Numbered from the stretch's first letter, positions 1-10,857 are shown. The stretch: 64,000 bases of DNA from an uncultured delta proteobacterium (GCA_963802945.1 CAWDKY010000029.1:211936-275935), one strand, 5' to 3'. The notes: a model not told the origin generated them from the letters alone. Made by a program: numbers and translations.

Positions 1-2
1 CC

Positions 3-374
3 CAGAAAGCCAGTGTGGCGGCCTTGATGGGACCACAAGACTTTATTAAAAAAATGGTGGCTGAGTTTGATCAACGTCGGATCTATATCGCCGAACGTCT
101 GAAAGCCCTGCCGGGGGTGAAAACAGCCCTTCCACAGGGGGCTTTTTATATATTTCCTAATTTCTCAAGCTACTTCGGCCGAAAAACCGGGGACCGGATA
201 TTAAAGAATTCACTGGATTTAGCCGAATATCTATTAGAGAATGGTCGGATCGCCGTAGTGCCCGGAGCGGCCTTTGGGGAAGAGGACTGTTTACGCTTTT
301 CCTATGCCACATCTTTGCAGCAGATTGAGAAAGGAATGGATCGGCTGGAAAAGGCCCTTGGAGTGCTTTTATAA
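3..374 (+). CDS. PLP-dependent class I/II aminotransferase (aspartate aminotransferase-like), C-terminal part; truncated by the window edge
   Basis: PQGAFYIFPN, IAVVPGAAFG and LRFSYATS motifs typical of the AspC-like C-terminus. Confidence 0.88.
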   Translation, partial: QKASVAALMGPQDFIKKMVAEFDQRRIYIAERLKALPGVKTALPQGAFYIFPNFSSYFGRKTGDRILKNSLDLAEYLLENGRIAVVPGAAFGEEDCLRFSYATSLQQIEKGMDRLEKALGVLL

Positions 375-451
375 TGTTTAAAGGGGGGAAGAAACGTCCC
401 GAAAGAGGCAGAATCTTGGGTTTAAGGCGGTTTCCTTGATTCTCTTTTTCT

Positions 452-823
452 TTAAGCGGTTATATTTTTTCTGGTGAGAGCCTTCTTGAACCGGCAAGAA
501 GGCTCATGGCACCAGGGGTTTTTCTGGTTTCCAGAGGGAAACCTTAGTCGGGCACTGCGCTTGGAGGCCTTCAATGGATTGATCTTGGCGGCGGTTTGGA
601 CCGAGGATTTTTTAATATGAGTGGCTAAGTTGCAGTTTCCCAATTTCCATTTTTGGGAAGGATCGGGATAGGAAAGGCAGTATATTCCACTGTCGAATTC
701 CTTGCCCCGGTCACAGCCTTCACATTGTTCGATTACAGGATGACAGGATCCTCCATTAAACGAACACCCCTTGGGGCTCATGAAGGTACAGGCGACGCCG
801 GATTTTACGGTTGAACAAACCAT
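452..823 (-). CDS. PxxKW-family small cysteine-rich protein
   Basis: Multiple Cys (CxxC), YPDPSQKW, CNLATH and KINPLKASKR; SD-like GGGGTGA before ATG at 823; tail after SAR may be an indel artefact (out-of-frame TAA at 544-546). Confidence 0.75.
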   Translation of the reverse strand: MVCSTVKSGVACTFMSPKGCSFNGGSCHPVIEQCEGCDRGKEFDSGIYCLSYPDPSQKWKLGNCNLATHIKKSSVQTAAKINPLKASKRSARLRFPSGNQKNPWCHEPSCRFKKALTRKNITA

Positions 824-853
824 GGGAATCACCCCCTTTCTATAAATTTTTGG

Positions 854-882
854 ATAGTAATGTTAAATTTTTATTTTGTCAA
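854..882 (-). promoter_or_regulatory. sigma70-type promoter of the PxxKW gene
   Basis: TTGACA-17 nt-TACTAT on the minus strand. Confidence 0.6.
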
Positions 883-1097
883 CTATTTTTTTAATTAAAA
901 ATAATCGTGATCGAAAAAAACAATGTCCCTTTGGGGTATAAGGTGATATAAAAAATTTTAGAGACCAGAGGTTCAGAGTACAAGGATTAAGGCTGAAGGG
1001 AAAACTTATCCTTTTTACCTTAGACCAACCCATCCCTTGACTCCTCGAACTCTTGACCTCTTTCTCCCTAGACCACTAAGCAAAAGCCGTCACTTTT

Positions 1098-2793
1098 ATG
1101 TTTAAAAGCAACCGTATTGGCGAATTATTACTCCGGGAACAAAAGATCACTTCCAAACAGTTGGAAGAGGTTTTGGCCGAACAAAAAAGCCAAGGGGGGG
1201 GGCTAAAATCGGCAACCTTTTAATTCAGAAAGGATTTATCGACGAAGAAACCCTTTTAGGTTTTTTATCCAAACAATTCGAATTGCCGATTATCGATCTT
1301 TCTCGGCTTGAGTTTGATGCGACCTTGGCCAATTTGATCCCGGACAATATTGCCCGAAAATATGAGATCTTGCCCATCGGTAAAGAAGGGAGCACTTTAA
1401 AGATAGCTATCTCCGATCCTTCCAATATTTTTGCCTTGGATGATCTGAAATTTTTAACGGGAAGCAATATCCAGTTGTTTCTTTCCACTGAAAAACATCT
1501 CAGGGAAGCCCTGGACAAACACTACAAACTTGACTTCCACACTGAACCAGGCCTTTAAAAGATTAAAGGAAGAAGTCGATTATATCCAGCCTGATGAAGA
1601 AATGGATGAGACTCAATTTGGGAAATGCCGCCAAAGAGGCTCCGGTAGTTAAACTGGCCAATCTTCTCCTTATCGATGCCATCAAAAGGGGGGCCAGCGA
1701 TATCCATTTTGAGCCCTATGACCGCGCCTTCCGCGTACGATATCGAATTGACGGGCTCTCTCTATGAGATTATGAATCCCCCGGCTAAACTGAAAAATGC
1801 CCTGGTTTCCCGTTTAAAGATTATGTCTAATCTCAATATTGCCGAAAGAAGGCTCCCCAAGATGGTCGGTTAAAATTGCGTTTTGGAGAAAACCGAGAAA
1901 TGGATTTTCGAGTTTCGGTATTGCCGACCCTGTTTGGAGAAAAAGTGGTTTTGCGCCTTCTGGATAAGACGAACCTCCAGGTTGATTTGGAACGACTTGG
2001 TTTTGAACCGGAGGCTCTGGTCAAATTTTATGAGGGAGTCCATAAACCCTATGGGATGATCTTGGTAACCGGTCCTACGGGGAGCGGTAAAACGACGACC
2101 CTTTATTCCACCTTGGGTGAATTGAACAAAACCACCGAAAACATTTCTACCGCCGAGGATCCGGTTGAATTAAATATTTTCGGGATCAATCAGGTTCAGG
2201 TTCACGAAGAAATCGGCTTGACCTTTTCCAATGTGTTGCGTTCCTTTCTTCGTCAAGACCCAGATATCATTATGGTGGGTGAGATTCGGGATAAGGATAC
2301 GGCTGAAATTTCCATCAAGGCGGCTTTAACCGGACATCTGGTCCTGAGCACCCTTCATACCAACGATGCCTCCAATACCGTTACCCGATTATTGGATATG
2401 GGAGTCGAACCTTTTTTGGTCGCTTCTTCGATCAATTTGGTGGTGGCCCAGAGACTGGTTAGAAAATTATGTCCCAACTGCAAAAAAAAGGTTGAAAAAT
2501 CCACTGATCTTTTTAAAGAGTTCAATCTAGATCCTACCATTCATACACTTTCGGAAAAAGTCGGCTGCCCCGCCTGCAATTTTTCAGGATTTAAGGGACG
2601 AATTGCCATCTATGAAGTCTTGCCTTTTTTTGAGAAACTCAAAGAACTGATCTTCGAAAGGGCCTCGGCGGCCGAAATAAAAAGAATGGCCCGTATCGAG
2701 GGGATGAAGACTCTTCGGGAGAGCGGATTAACCAAAGTACTGGAAGGGGTAACCACTTTGGAAGAAGTCATCAAGGTTACGGATAAAGATTAA
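1098..2793 (+). pseudogene. pilB: Type IV pilus assembly ATPase PilB, interrupted as assembled by about five frameshifts between 1194 and 1860
   Basis: N-terminal RIGELLL (MshEN-like); [21 protein letters not shown] and IAERRLP(Q)DGR can be rebuilt across frames; Walker A GPTGSGKTT, LRQDPD, CxxC Zn motifs; followed by pilC. Confidence 0.9.
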
Positions 2794-2796
2794 CTC

Positions 2797-4005
2797 ATGC
2801 CGAACTATACCTGGGAAGGAAAATCAAAACAGGGAGAGACGAAAAAAGGGGAACTGGTGGCCGATAATCTGGCCATTGCCCGTTTACAACTTCGGAAATT
2901 GGGTATCCTTCCTAATCGTATTCAGGAAAAACGGGAAAAGTCTGCTAAAAAAGTTACTGTCCGTAAAAAAATTCCCAAAAAATTGATCGTTGTTTTTACT
3001 CGACAGTTCGCTACGATGATCAATGCCGGTCTCCCTTTGGTCCAATGCTTAAATATTCTGGCCAATCAACAAGAGAATGCCGCTTTTTCAAATGTCATCA
3101 CTCAAATCAAAGGGGATGTGGAAAGCGGTAAATCATTAGCCGAAGCCTTAAGAAATCATCCCAGAGTCTTTGATCAGCTTTATACCAATCTGGTGGAGGC
3201 CGGTGAAACAGGCGGCATATTGGATGTGATATTAAATCGGCTGTCCAGCTATATTGAAAAGACCGAGAAACTTAAAAAGAAAGTCAAAGGGGCTATGGTC
3301 TACCCGGCTGTTGTTTCAGGGATTGCGGTGGTGGTTACGGCGATTATTTTACTTTTTGTTATCCCGATTTTTGAAAAAATGTTTTCCGAAGTCGGGCAAG
3401 CCCTGCCGGCCCCCACCCAATTTGTAATCGCCCTCAGCCGTTTTGTAAGTAATAATTTTATCTATATCATTTTAGGATTTGGGGCCTTTATTTATCTTCT
3501 ACGCCGCTTTTATCGGACCGACAAAGGCAAATACTTAATGGACGATCTTTTTTTGAAATTGCCGATTTTCGGCATTCTTCTTAGGAAGGTGGCTGTGGCC
3601 AAGTTTACCCGGACCTTTGGGACCATGGTTAGCAGCGGGGTACCTATCCTGGAAGCCATGGATATTGTAGCTAGGTCGGCCGGAAACAAGGTGGTAGAAA
3701 AGGCCATTTTTAATGCCAGAGGAAGTATCGCTCAAGGAAGAACGATTTCAGAACCGTTGGCGGAAAGCAGGGTGTTCCCCCCTATGGTGACCCAGATGAT
3801 CGGGGTTGGGGAGGCCTCCGGTGAACTGGATACCATGCTTAACAAAATCGCTGATTTTTATGACGAAGATGTGGATGCCGCCGTCAATACGCTCACTTCC
3901 ATGATGGAGCCGATTATGATGGTCGTTCTGGGGGGGATTGTCGGTGGGTTGGTCATTTCCATGTATCTGCCGATCTTTAAAATGGGGGAAGCTATTAAAG
4001 GATAA
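2797..4005 (+). CDS. pilC: Type IV pilus inner-membrane platform protein PilC
   Basis: FTRQFATMINAGLPL, AGETGGILD, KVKGAMVYP, MYLPIF; follows pilB. Confidence 0.95.
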   Translation: MPNYTWEGKSKQGETKKGELVADNLAIARLQLRKLGILPNRIQEKREKSAKKVTVRKKIPKKLIVVFTRQFATMINAGLPLVQCLNILANQQENAAFSNVITQIKGDVESGKSLAEALRNHPRVFDQLYTNLVEAGETGGILDVILNRLSSYIEKTEKLKKKVKGAMVYPAVVSGIAVVVTAIILLFVIPIFEKMFSEVGQALPAPTQFVIALSRFVSNNFIYIILGFGAFIYLLRRFYRTDKGKYLMDDLFLKLPIFGILLRKVAVAKFTRTFGTMVSSGVPILEAMDIVARSAGNKVVEKAIFNARGSIAQGRTISEPLAESRVFPPMVTQMIGVGEASGELDTMLNKIADFYDEDVDAAVNTLTSMMEPIMMVVLGGIVGGLVISMYLPIFKMGEAIKG

Positions 4006-4072
4006 TCATTTTCTGATCGCTGGGCTGACCCCACCCCGACTTTTGGCCATAGTATCTTGAGTTAACCAGTCT

Positions 4073-5803
4073 ATGAAAATTGCTTTTCCCGTTATTTACC
4101 CCAGTACATCCGAGGAAGTCTCTTCGAGGAACTGGTTTTATATCGAAGAAGACTTCTTGAGAAAAATGAGGTGGCTTGTTTTATGGCGGTTGGTTTTTAT
4201 TTCATTCTTTCTCTTACTGACTGTGTTGCTTCCTGAAAAAGAGGATCTTTTTCTCTTTCCTTTTTCTTCTTCCCCATTATATGTCCTGATTGCTCTCCAA
4301 TATTTTTTTTCGATCCTCTATCTTCTTTTTCTGTTGAGGGCCGAGACCGGCCAATGGATTGCTTTTGTTCAGTTGTTCATAGACGGATTTTTTGTAACGG
4401 CTGTAGTCTATGTTACCGGTGGCATAGAGAGTTTTTTCTCCTACCTCTATTTTTTAGTCATTTTGGCTGGCGGTATCCTCTTTTTTCGGCTGGGGGGATT
4501 ATTAACCGCTCTTTATGCCTTGGTTTTATATGCCGTTCTTCTTTTGCTTCAAGGTTTAGGGAAAATCCCATTTTATTATGGACTGACCAATCCGTCTTAT
4601 TTCTATTCTCAAAAATATCTTTTATATCAAATTGTCATGAATGGGATAGGATTTTTGGGGGTGGGCTATCTGAGTAGCATCTTTTCCGAACAGGTTTTAA
4701 AACAAAGGGGCCAGATAGAAATTCAGAAAAAAAATATTAATCAACTGGAAGCCATGAATCGACTGATTATCGAGAACCTGGATATGGGATTAATCACTCT
4801 GGACCATGAAGATAAAATACAGAGCATTAACCGGGCCGGTGAGAAAATTCTTGGCCGTGATTCGAGTGATTTAAAAAATAAGCCCTTGATCACCATATTT
4901 CCTGATTTGGATAATGAACCCGGCCTCAATATGACTGCGGAGAGGAAACGTCTGGAGACCTCCTATGTTAATCCTGATGGCTTAGTTTCAACGATAGGTT
5001 TTTTCTTTAATCGGGTAAAAGAAGATCAATCTTACGGGATTGGGAAAATATTTTCTTTTAAAGATATATCTCAAATCAAAGCCATGGAGGAGCGCCTGCG
5101 ACAGGTAGATCGTTTGGCCTTGATGGGAAAAATGGCCGCCGGAATCGCCCACGAAGTTAGAAACCCCTTGGCTTCGATCAGTGGATCGATCCAGGTTTTG
5201 AAGGATGATTTTAAAGAAAAAGAGACAGGGGAACGCCTTTTACAAATTATTTCCCGGGAAGTAACCAAACTGGATTCATTGATGAGTGATTTTTTGACGT
5301 TTACCCGATCGGTTCAAGTGATCGAATCCCCGATCAATATTTCAGATGTCATTTTAGAAACGGTTGAACTAATTAAAAATAGTAGAGAAATACCCACGAG
5401 TATGACCTGGAAATTAGATATCGAATCTAATCTTTTACTTAAAATTTCAGCCGGCGAGTTGTCTCAGGTTTTATGGAATCTTCTGATGAATGCCCTGCAG
5501 GCTGTTCCTTCAAACGGCGAGATCTTCGTTGAGGCTCGATATGGTCTGACAGAATTGCATGAGAATGGGGTTGAAATCAAAGTAAGAGACAGTGGCCCCG
5601 GTATCAGCGAGATGGATCAGGTTAAAATTTTTGAGCCTTTTTTTACGACCAAAGATCGAGGGACAGGTCTTGGATTAAGTATTGTTCAAAAAATTATTTC
5701 CGATCGGGGGGGTAAAATCCAGGTGGACAGTTCTCCGGGAAAAGGGACGGAATTCGCCGTTTTTTTTCCAAAAGGGGCCGATAAGTTTAAGGTGGGACAT
5801 TGA
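4073..5803 (+). CDS. pilS: PilS-like membrane sensor histidine kinase (TM region, PAS, HisKA, HATPase)
   Basis: Multi-TM N-terminus with TGGIESFFSYLY; AHEVRNPL H-box; FFTTKDRGTGLGL; lies after pilBC. Confidence 0.85.
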   Translation: MKIAFPVIYPSTSEEVSSRNWFYIEEDFLRKMRWLVLWRLVFISFFLLLTVLLPEKEDLFLFPFSSSPLYVLIALQYFFSILYLLFLLRAETGQWIAFVQLFIDGFFVTAVVYVTGGIESFFSYLYFLVILAGGILFFRLGGLLTALYALVLYAVLLLLQGLGKIPFYYGLTNPSYFYSQKYLLYQIVMNGIGFLGVGYLSSIFSEQVLKQRGQIEIQKKNINQLEAMNRLIIENLDMGLITLDHEDKIQSINRAGEKILGRDSSDLKNKPLITIFPDLDNEPGLNMTAERKRLETSYVNPDGLVSTIGFFFNRVKEDQSYGIGKIFSFKDISQIKAMEERLRQVDRLALMGKMAAGIAHEVRNPLASISGSIQVLKDDFKEKETGERLLQIISREVTKLDSLMSDFLTFTRSVQVIESPINISDVILETVELIKNSREIPTSMTWKLDIESNLLLKISAGELSQVLWNLLMNALQAVPSNGEIFVEARYGLTELHENGVEIKVRDSGPGISEMDQVKIFEPFFTTKDRGTGLGLSIVQKIISDRGGKIQVDSSPGKGTEFAVFFPKGADKFKVGH

Positions 5804-5832
5804 CAAGCTAAGAGGTTTGAGATAAAAAATCT

Positions 5833-6471
5833 ATGATCAGTATTATCGACTACAAAGCAGGCAACCTGACCAGCGTGGAAAGGGCTTTGAAAAAATTGTC
5901 CATCCCCTGCCGGATTACCCATGATCCAAAATTAGTCCTGCAATCGGATCGGGTGATTTTCCCGGGGGTCGGTGCTGCCGGCGAGGCCATGAAAGCCCTC
6001 AGGGCCACAGGAATGGATGAAGCCCTCAAGGCTTTTTTTCTTTCCGGACGTCCCCTGCTGGGGATCTGCCTGGGAACTCAGGTTATTCTGGATTTCAGCC
6101 AAGAGAATCAAACCGCCTGCTTGGGGATCCTTCCCGGGGAAGTGATCCGTTTCCCCAACCCGCATTTAGACGAGCAGGGGAAGACATTAAAAATTCCTCA
6201 CATGGGCTGGAACCGGGTGGAATGGAATCGGGATCATCCCCTGGTTCGGTTCATACCGCCGCAGAGCACTTTTTATTTTGTCCATGCCTATTATCCTGTT
6301 CCCCGTGAAGAAAAACATGTCTTGGGTCGGACTCATTACGGCTTTTCTTTCCCTTCGGCCCTAGCTTGTAGGAATTTAGTGGCCCTTCAGTTTCATCCCG
6401 AAAAGAGCGGATCTTCGGGACTGGCCTTGTTAAGGGCCTTTTCCCAGTGGGAGGGCCGAGATGCTGACTAA
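5833..6471 (+). CDS. hisH: Imidazole glycerol phosphate synthase glutamine amidotransferase subunit
   Basis: [32 protein letters not shown]. Confidence 0.95.
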   Translation: MISIIDYKAGNLTSVERALKKLSIPCRITHDPKLVLQSDRVIFPGVGAAGEAMKALRATGMDEALKAFFLSGRPLLGICLGTQVILDFSQENQTACLGILPGEVIRFPNPHLDEQGKTLKIPHMGWNRVEWNRDHPLVRFIPPQSTFYFVHAYYPVPREEKHVLGRTHYGFSFPSALACRNLVALQFHPEKSGSSGLALLRAFSQWEGRDAD

Positions 6472-7240
6472 GCGCATTATTCCCTGCCTGGATGTACGGG
6501 ATGGAAAAACCACCAAGGGGATCCGTTTTAAAAATAATATTGACATCGGAGACCCGGTGGAAATGGCCCGCTTTTATTATGAAGCAGGGGCCGATGAACT
6601 GGTTTTCTACGATATCACGGCCTCAGCGGAAAAAAGGGGGATTATGATCGAAGTGGTTCGGCGCGTGGCTGAGGAAATATTTATACCTTTTTCCGTGGGC
6701 GGAGGAATTTCCTGCCTAGAAGATATGCGGCAGGTCCTTCTGGCCGGTGCGGAAAAGGTCAGCATTAATTCGGCGGCGGTAAAAAATCCAGCCTTGATCC
6801 AGGAGGGGGCCCAGGCCTTTGGCGGGCAATGCATTGTATTGGGGATGGATGTGAAGAAAGTACCGGCCAAGGCCTCCCTTTCTTCGGGCTATGAAATAGT
6901 CATTCATGGAGGTCGGACGTTTACCGGTATTGATGCCTTATGGTGGGCCAAAGAGACTGAGCGGCTGGGGGCCGGTGAAATTTGTTTAAATTCCATTGAT
7001 GCCGATGGTACCCAAAAAGGCTATGAAATGGCCTTGACCGCCTTGATTTCTGATGCTGTTTCCATACCCGTCATTGCTTCCGGCGGGGCCGGCTCCCCAG
7101 AAGATATTTGTCAGGTTCTTGGGCAAGGGAAGGCAGATGCCGCCCTGATCGCCTCTATGACCCATTATGGGACCTATACCATCCGGCAAATCAAGGACTA
7201 TTTAAAAGACCATGGGGTGCCGGTGAGGACTCTCTGGTAG
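6461..7240 (+). CDS. hisF: Imidazole glycerol phosphate synthase cyclase subunit
   Basis: [38 protein letters not shown]. Confidence 0.96.
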   Translation: MLTKRIIPCLDVRDGKTTKGIRFKNNIDIGDPVEMARFYYEAGADELVFYDITASAEKRGIMIEVVRRVAEEIFIPFSVGGGISCLEDMRQVLLAGAEKVSINSAAVKNPALIQEGAQAFGGQCIVLGMDVKKVPAKASLSSGYEIVIHGGRTFTGIDALWWAKETERLGAGEICLNSIDADGTQKGYEMALTALISDAVSIPVIASGGAGSPEDICQVLGQGKADAALIASMTHYGTYTIRQIKDYLKDHGVPVRTLW

Positions 7241-7294
7241 GCCCTTGAGGATCATGGGTTTGGATTCAATTTGTTGGGAACAGAGGAAATGATA

Positions 7295-8092
7295 ATGTTT
7301 GAGCCAAAAAGTTTTTTCGATTTTTCGGATTGGGAACATCAAGAACTTTTCTCCGGCGTTGAGCAGATCTGGGAAGTTGTGCCGAGGATAAACCCCTATT
7401 TGCAATCCAGGATTCGTTCCAATTTGGAAGGCGTTTTCCCTGAAGGATCGTTTTTAACCCGGATGATTATTTTGCACCAAGGGCGGGTTTTGGAAAAGGG
7501 CTTCTCCATTATCCCCGGAGATGCCACCAAAGGACAATTTAAGGTTTTTTATGAAAACCAGGAACTGAAAGATGCCATTGTATTCTTTGCCGGGGTTACC
7601 CTGGTTGGAAAAGCTATTTTTGTAGGCCAGGGGACGGTGGTAGAAACGGGGGCTTATATCCAAAGTCCGGCCTTTATTGGTCGACAAACCGAGGTACGCC
7701 AGGGGGCTTATCTGCGAGGCGGTTGCTTGGTGGGAGATCGTTGTGTCGTGGGCCATGTGACTGAAATGAAAAATTCGGTTATGCTGGACGGGGCCAAGGC
7801 CGGTCATTTCGCTTACATCGGAGACAGCCTTGTGGGAAAAGACTGCAATCTGGGGGCCGGCACCAAACTGGCCAATCTTAAAGTGGTTAATAGTACCATC
7901 AAGGTGAAGAGTACCAATAAAAAAATATATGACACTGGCCTCAGGAAATTTGGTGCAGTTCTGGGGGATCATACCGAGACCGGGTGCAATTCCGTCACCA
8001 ATCCCGGAACATTGTTAGGGCCGAAATGTATTGTGGGGCCTAATGCCACGGTTAAGGCCGGATATTATCCTCGTCGTTCGGTTATTCGGTAA
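7295..8092 (+). CDS. Left-handed beta-helix acyltransferase (GlmU C-terminal-like)
   Basis: Hexapeptide repeats; HFAYIGDS, NLGAGTKLAN, TGLRKFGAVLGD, GCNSVTNPG. Confidence 0.8.
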   Translation: MFEPKSFFDFSDWEHQELFSGVEQIWEVVPRINPYLQSRIRSNLEGVFPEGSFLTRMIILHQGRVLEKGFSIIPGDATKGQFKVFYENQELKDAIVFFAGVTLVGKAIFVGQGTVVETGAYIQSPAFIGRQTEVRQGAYLRGGCLVGDRCVVGHVTEMKNSVMLDGAKAGHFAYIGDSLVGKDCNLGAGTKLANLKVVNSTIKVKSTNKKIYDTGLRKFGAVLGDHTETGCNSVTNPGTLLGPKCIVGPNATVKAGYYPRRSVIR

Positions 8093-8196
8093 TTCCGATT
8101 TCGATCCTAGTGGATAGCTAAAAGGCTATTGCTTATAGGAAGCAGGGATGCTTTTGTCTTTTATCGAAGAAAAAAATATTTTTTGGAAGTGACCTA

Positions 8197-8976
8197 TTGA
8201 ACGGATCTTTGATCGCCTTCAGCTATCGGTTTAAAGAATGTCCGGACGTGGCGATTATTCAGGCCCGGCCCAATTTTTCCGATTTTAGTCCGGAGGAGAA
8301 ACAGCAAATAAGGGAAGCCGAAAAGGTCTATTATCCGACACAGCTTTATGTGGATCTGTTTATTACCATGGGAAAAAAAATTTTCCCCAGCCGTGAAACC
8401 TATGTTTATTCAGGCGACAAGATCAAACAGACCGCCCTGTTTCAATTTTTACGAATTCCTCATCCTCGAACCCAGGTGTATTTCGGGCGCCAAAAAAAAA
8501 GGATCAAAAACGATTTTTCCTTTCCTTTCATCGCCAAGATTCCCCGTGGATCCTCCATGGGGCAGGGAGTTTTTCTGATCCATAACGATGAAGAATTGAG
8601 ACGTTATCTGCATCGATCCCCGGTGGCTTATGTTCAGGAATATCTTCCTCTGGATCGAGATCTGCGCGTGATCCTTATTAATCATCAGATCATTTTAGCT
8701 TATTGGAAAATTGCCCCAGAGGGAGAGTTCCGGAATAATCTGGCCCAAGGAGCTTCCATCCGATTTGATGTTGTTCCGGATGAGGCCTTGATTTTTGCCG
8801 AACATGTGACCCAGAGGTGTAATTTTAATGACGTAGGACTGGATTTGTGCCATACTTTCGATAGGGGATGGATGATCCTGGAGGCCAATATGAATTACGG
8901 CCTTCAGGGTTTAAAAGAAAAAGGGATGGATATTCGGCTGGTGTTGAGGGACTTAAAGTTGGAAGGGAAGATTTAG
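8197..8976 (+). CDS. RimK-family ATP-grasp ligase
   Basis: DKIKQ, AKIPRGSSMGQGV, YVQEYL..DRDLRV, FRNNLAQG, GLDL..LEAN. Confidence 0.85.
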   Translation: MNGSLIAFSYRFKECPDVAIIQARPNFSDFSPEEKQQIREAEKVYYPTQLYVDLFITMGKKIFPSRETYVYSGDKIKQTALFQFLRIPHPRTQVYFGRQKKRIKNDFSFPFIAKIPRGSSMGQGVFLIHNDEELRRYLHRSPVAYVQEYLPLDRDLRVILINHQIILAYWKIAPEGEFRNNLAQGASIRFDVVPDEALIFAEHVTQRCNFNDVGLDLCHTFDRGWMILEANMNYGLQGLKEKGMDIRLVLRDLKLEGKI

Positions 8977-9004
8977 CGAAAACTATTTGAAATTATTTAA
9001 CTTG

Positions 9005-9123
9005 TAATTCACCGTAGCTTGCTACAGGGCACCAAAAAGGATGAGTTCGAGAAACCTTTGGTTTCTCGATCAAAGAAGAATTACCATTTGATACCCTGCA
9101 GCTTGCTGCGGGGAGGTTCATTT
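9005..9123. mobile_element. Small non-autonomous element with two related terminal hairpins (IS200/IS605-end or REP-like)
   Basis: CCGTAGCTTGCTACAGG (9012) and CCCTGCAGCTTGCTGCGGGG (9094) plus an internal hairpin TCGAGAAACC-TTT-GGTTTCTCGA. Confidence 0.6.
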
Positions 9124-9292
9124 AATGAGTTAGAAGGTAGTTAACAGAATTGGGATGACCCGTAAAAAGATTTAAAGTTTTCACATTGACTTCTGTCTTC
9201 TGACTTCGGGGTTCTAAAGATTGTCTTAAGAAGACCCGATTAATAAAATGATTAGAGATGAATATTCAAACTAAACTTAGGTAAAAATTTTT

Positions 9293-9703
9293 ATGATGGT
9301 CCTTGATTTACAATGCGCCAATGAGCATTTTTTCGAAGGCTGGTTTGCCAATTCGGAGGCCTTTTATCGACAAAAGGGGGCCGGTGAAATCCGCTGCCCG
9401 GTTTGTGAAGATAATCGAATCAGCCAGGCCCTGTCACCTGTGGCCATTAAACGACATTCACGAAACTTCAATAAGGAAGAAGAGACGAATCCCCTTATCG
9501 TTAAATTACAGCAATTTTATAAATATGTTGAAGAGAACTTTGAAGAAGTAGGGACCGATTTTTCTAAAGAGGCCTTGAAAATACACTATGGGGTTGCCGA
9601 TCAACGTAATATCCGGGGGACTTCGACGGCTGATGAGGAAAAATTATTAAAAGAAGAGGGTGTGGAATTTTACAAAATCCCTTTCCCCAAGGGGGATCAT
9701 TAG
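9293..9703 (+). CDS. DUF1178-family zinc-ribbon protein
   Basis: DLQCANEHFFEGWF, CPVC, FEEVGTDFSKEALKIHYG, RNIRG. Confidence 0.88.
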   Translation: MMVLDLQCANEHFFEGWFANSEAFYRQKGAGEIRCPVCEDNRISQALSPVAIKRHSRNFNKEEETNPLIVKLQQFYKYVEENFEEVGTDFSKEALKIHYGVADQRNIRGTSTADEEKLLKEEGVEFYKIPFPKGDH

Positions 9704-9710
9704 ACCGTTT

Positions 9711-10394
9711 ATGGGCCTGAACTTGTTAAAGCAATGGAGTACGGGTGCCCTAATTGCTTTGGCCACCGTTTTCATAAAAGCCTGGTTCGGTACCTGCCGC
9801 CCAAGGATCCTGCACGATGAGTTTCACAAAGAGTTTTTACTGGGTACCCGGCAATTCATAGGCGTCACCTGGCACCGGGCCTCCATTTTTTTCTGCTACT
9901 ATTACGGTCCGTTTCACCCCATGATGATGTTCAGCCAAAGTCCGGATGGGGAATATATGGCCCGTTTTGCCCAGAAATGCGGCGTTATTCCGGTCAGAGG
10001 GTCATCCACCCGTGGGGGAGAGAGGGGTTTGATCCAAATGATCCGATCTATTCAAGAAGGGAAGCGGATATGTTCCACAGTTTTGGATGGCCCCCAAGGA
10101 CCTCGTTTTAAGGCCAAAAAAGGTCTCCTTTTTTTGGCTAAAAAGACCGGCCTTCCCTTGCTTCCTGTCATCTGGTCGGCTCGACGAACCATCACCCTTG
10201 AAAAAACCTGGGATAAGACCCTGATTCCCTGGCCTTTTAGCGAGGTGGTTATTGCCTATGGTTCCCCAATGATGGTTCCTGAAGAGTGCACCGAATCGGA
10301 AATGGAAGCATTGCGGTTGGAGTTAGAAAATCGCTTAAATACGATTATGACGGAGGCTGACCAAGCTTGCAGTTATCAGACCCGATGGGATTGA
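9711..10394 (+). CDS. DUF374 / lysophospholipid acyltransferase-family protein
   Basis: TWH, SQSPDGE, VRGSSTRGG, DGPQGP, TWDKTLIPWPFS. Confidence 0.85.
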   Translation: MGLNLLKQWSTGALIALATVFIKAWFGTCRPRILHDEFHKEFLLGTRQFIGVTWHRASIFFCYYYGPFHPMMMFSQSPDGEYMARFAQKCGVIPVRGSSTRGGERGLIQMIRSIQEGKRICSTVLDGPQGPRFKAKKGLLFLAKKTGLPLLPVIWSARRTITLEKTWDKTLIPWPFSEVVIAYGSPMMVPEECTESEMEALRLELENRLNTIMTEADQACSYQTRWD

Positions 10395-10581
10395 AGAATG
10401 CGGATTGTGAAATCATGAACTCGAGAATTCGATTCCAGAGACCCGATACCGGATGCCGGATGAAAGCCTCTATATCCATCCGGCAGGGGGCCTCTTGTAT
10501 CCGAGATTGGTCAACTTATAAACCTTTTCTTTTCATCCCTCGTTTTTCAATCCACAATCTGTAATCCGAAATCAGAAATCG

Positions 10582-10857
10582 TTAGTGGTAATAACCGTTA
10601 TGGATCTTGCCTAATTTTTTCATATGGAAAATTTTAGCCAATTCCCGAAGGAGGTGATTGGTGGATTTTTCAATTTTTTCCAGATCCCGGTCGTTGAGAA
10701 GATCGGGTTGAAAGTCAGCGATCAATTCTTTCAAATTTTCCAGTTGTTGAAAGATATCCAGATGGATAGCCTGTCCTCCCATAAACGCATGCACTTCCAG
10801 AATGGTCTCGAGGCAATTCTGTAACCGCAATTGTTTTTGTTGGGCTTTTATATTCAT
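10582..10857 (-). CDS. Hypothetical helical protein at the end of the pilT cluster
   Basis: Co-oriented ORF with natural composition; no motif recognised. Confidence 0.6.
   Translation of the reverse strand: MNIKAQQKQLRLQNCLETILEVHAFMGGQAIHLDIFQQLENLKELIADFQPDLLNDRDLEKIEKSTNHLLRELAKIFHMKKLGKIHNGYYH

Noticed and set aside
5833-7240. hisH/hisF as LPS-amidotransferase paralogs
   Set aside because: Sequences look canonical and there is no adjacent N-acetyl-sugar amidotransferase
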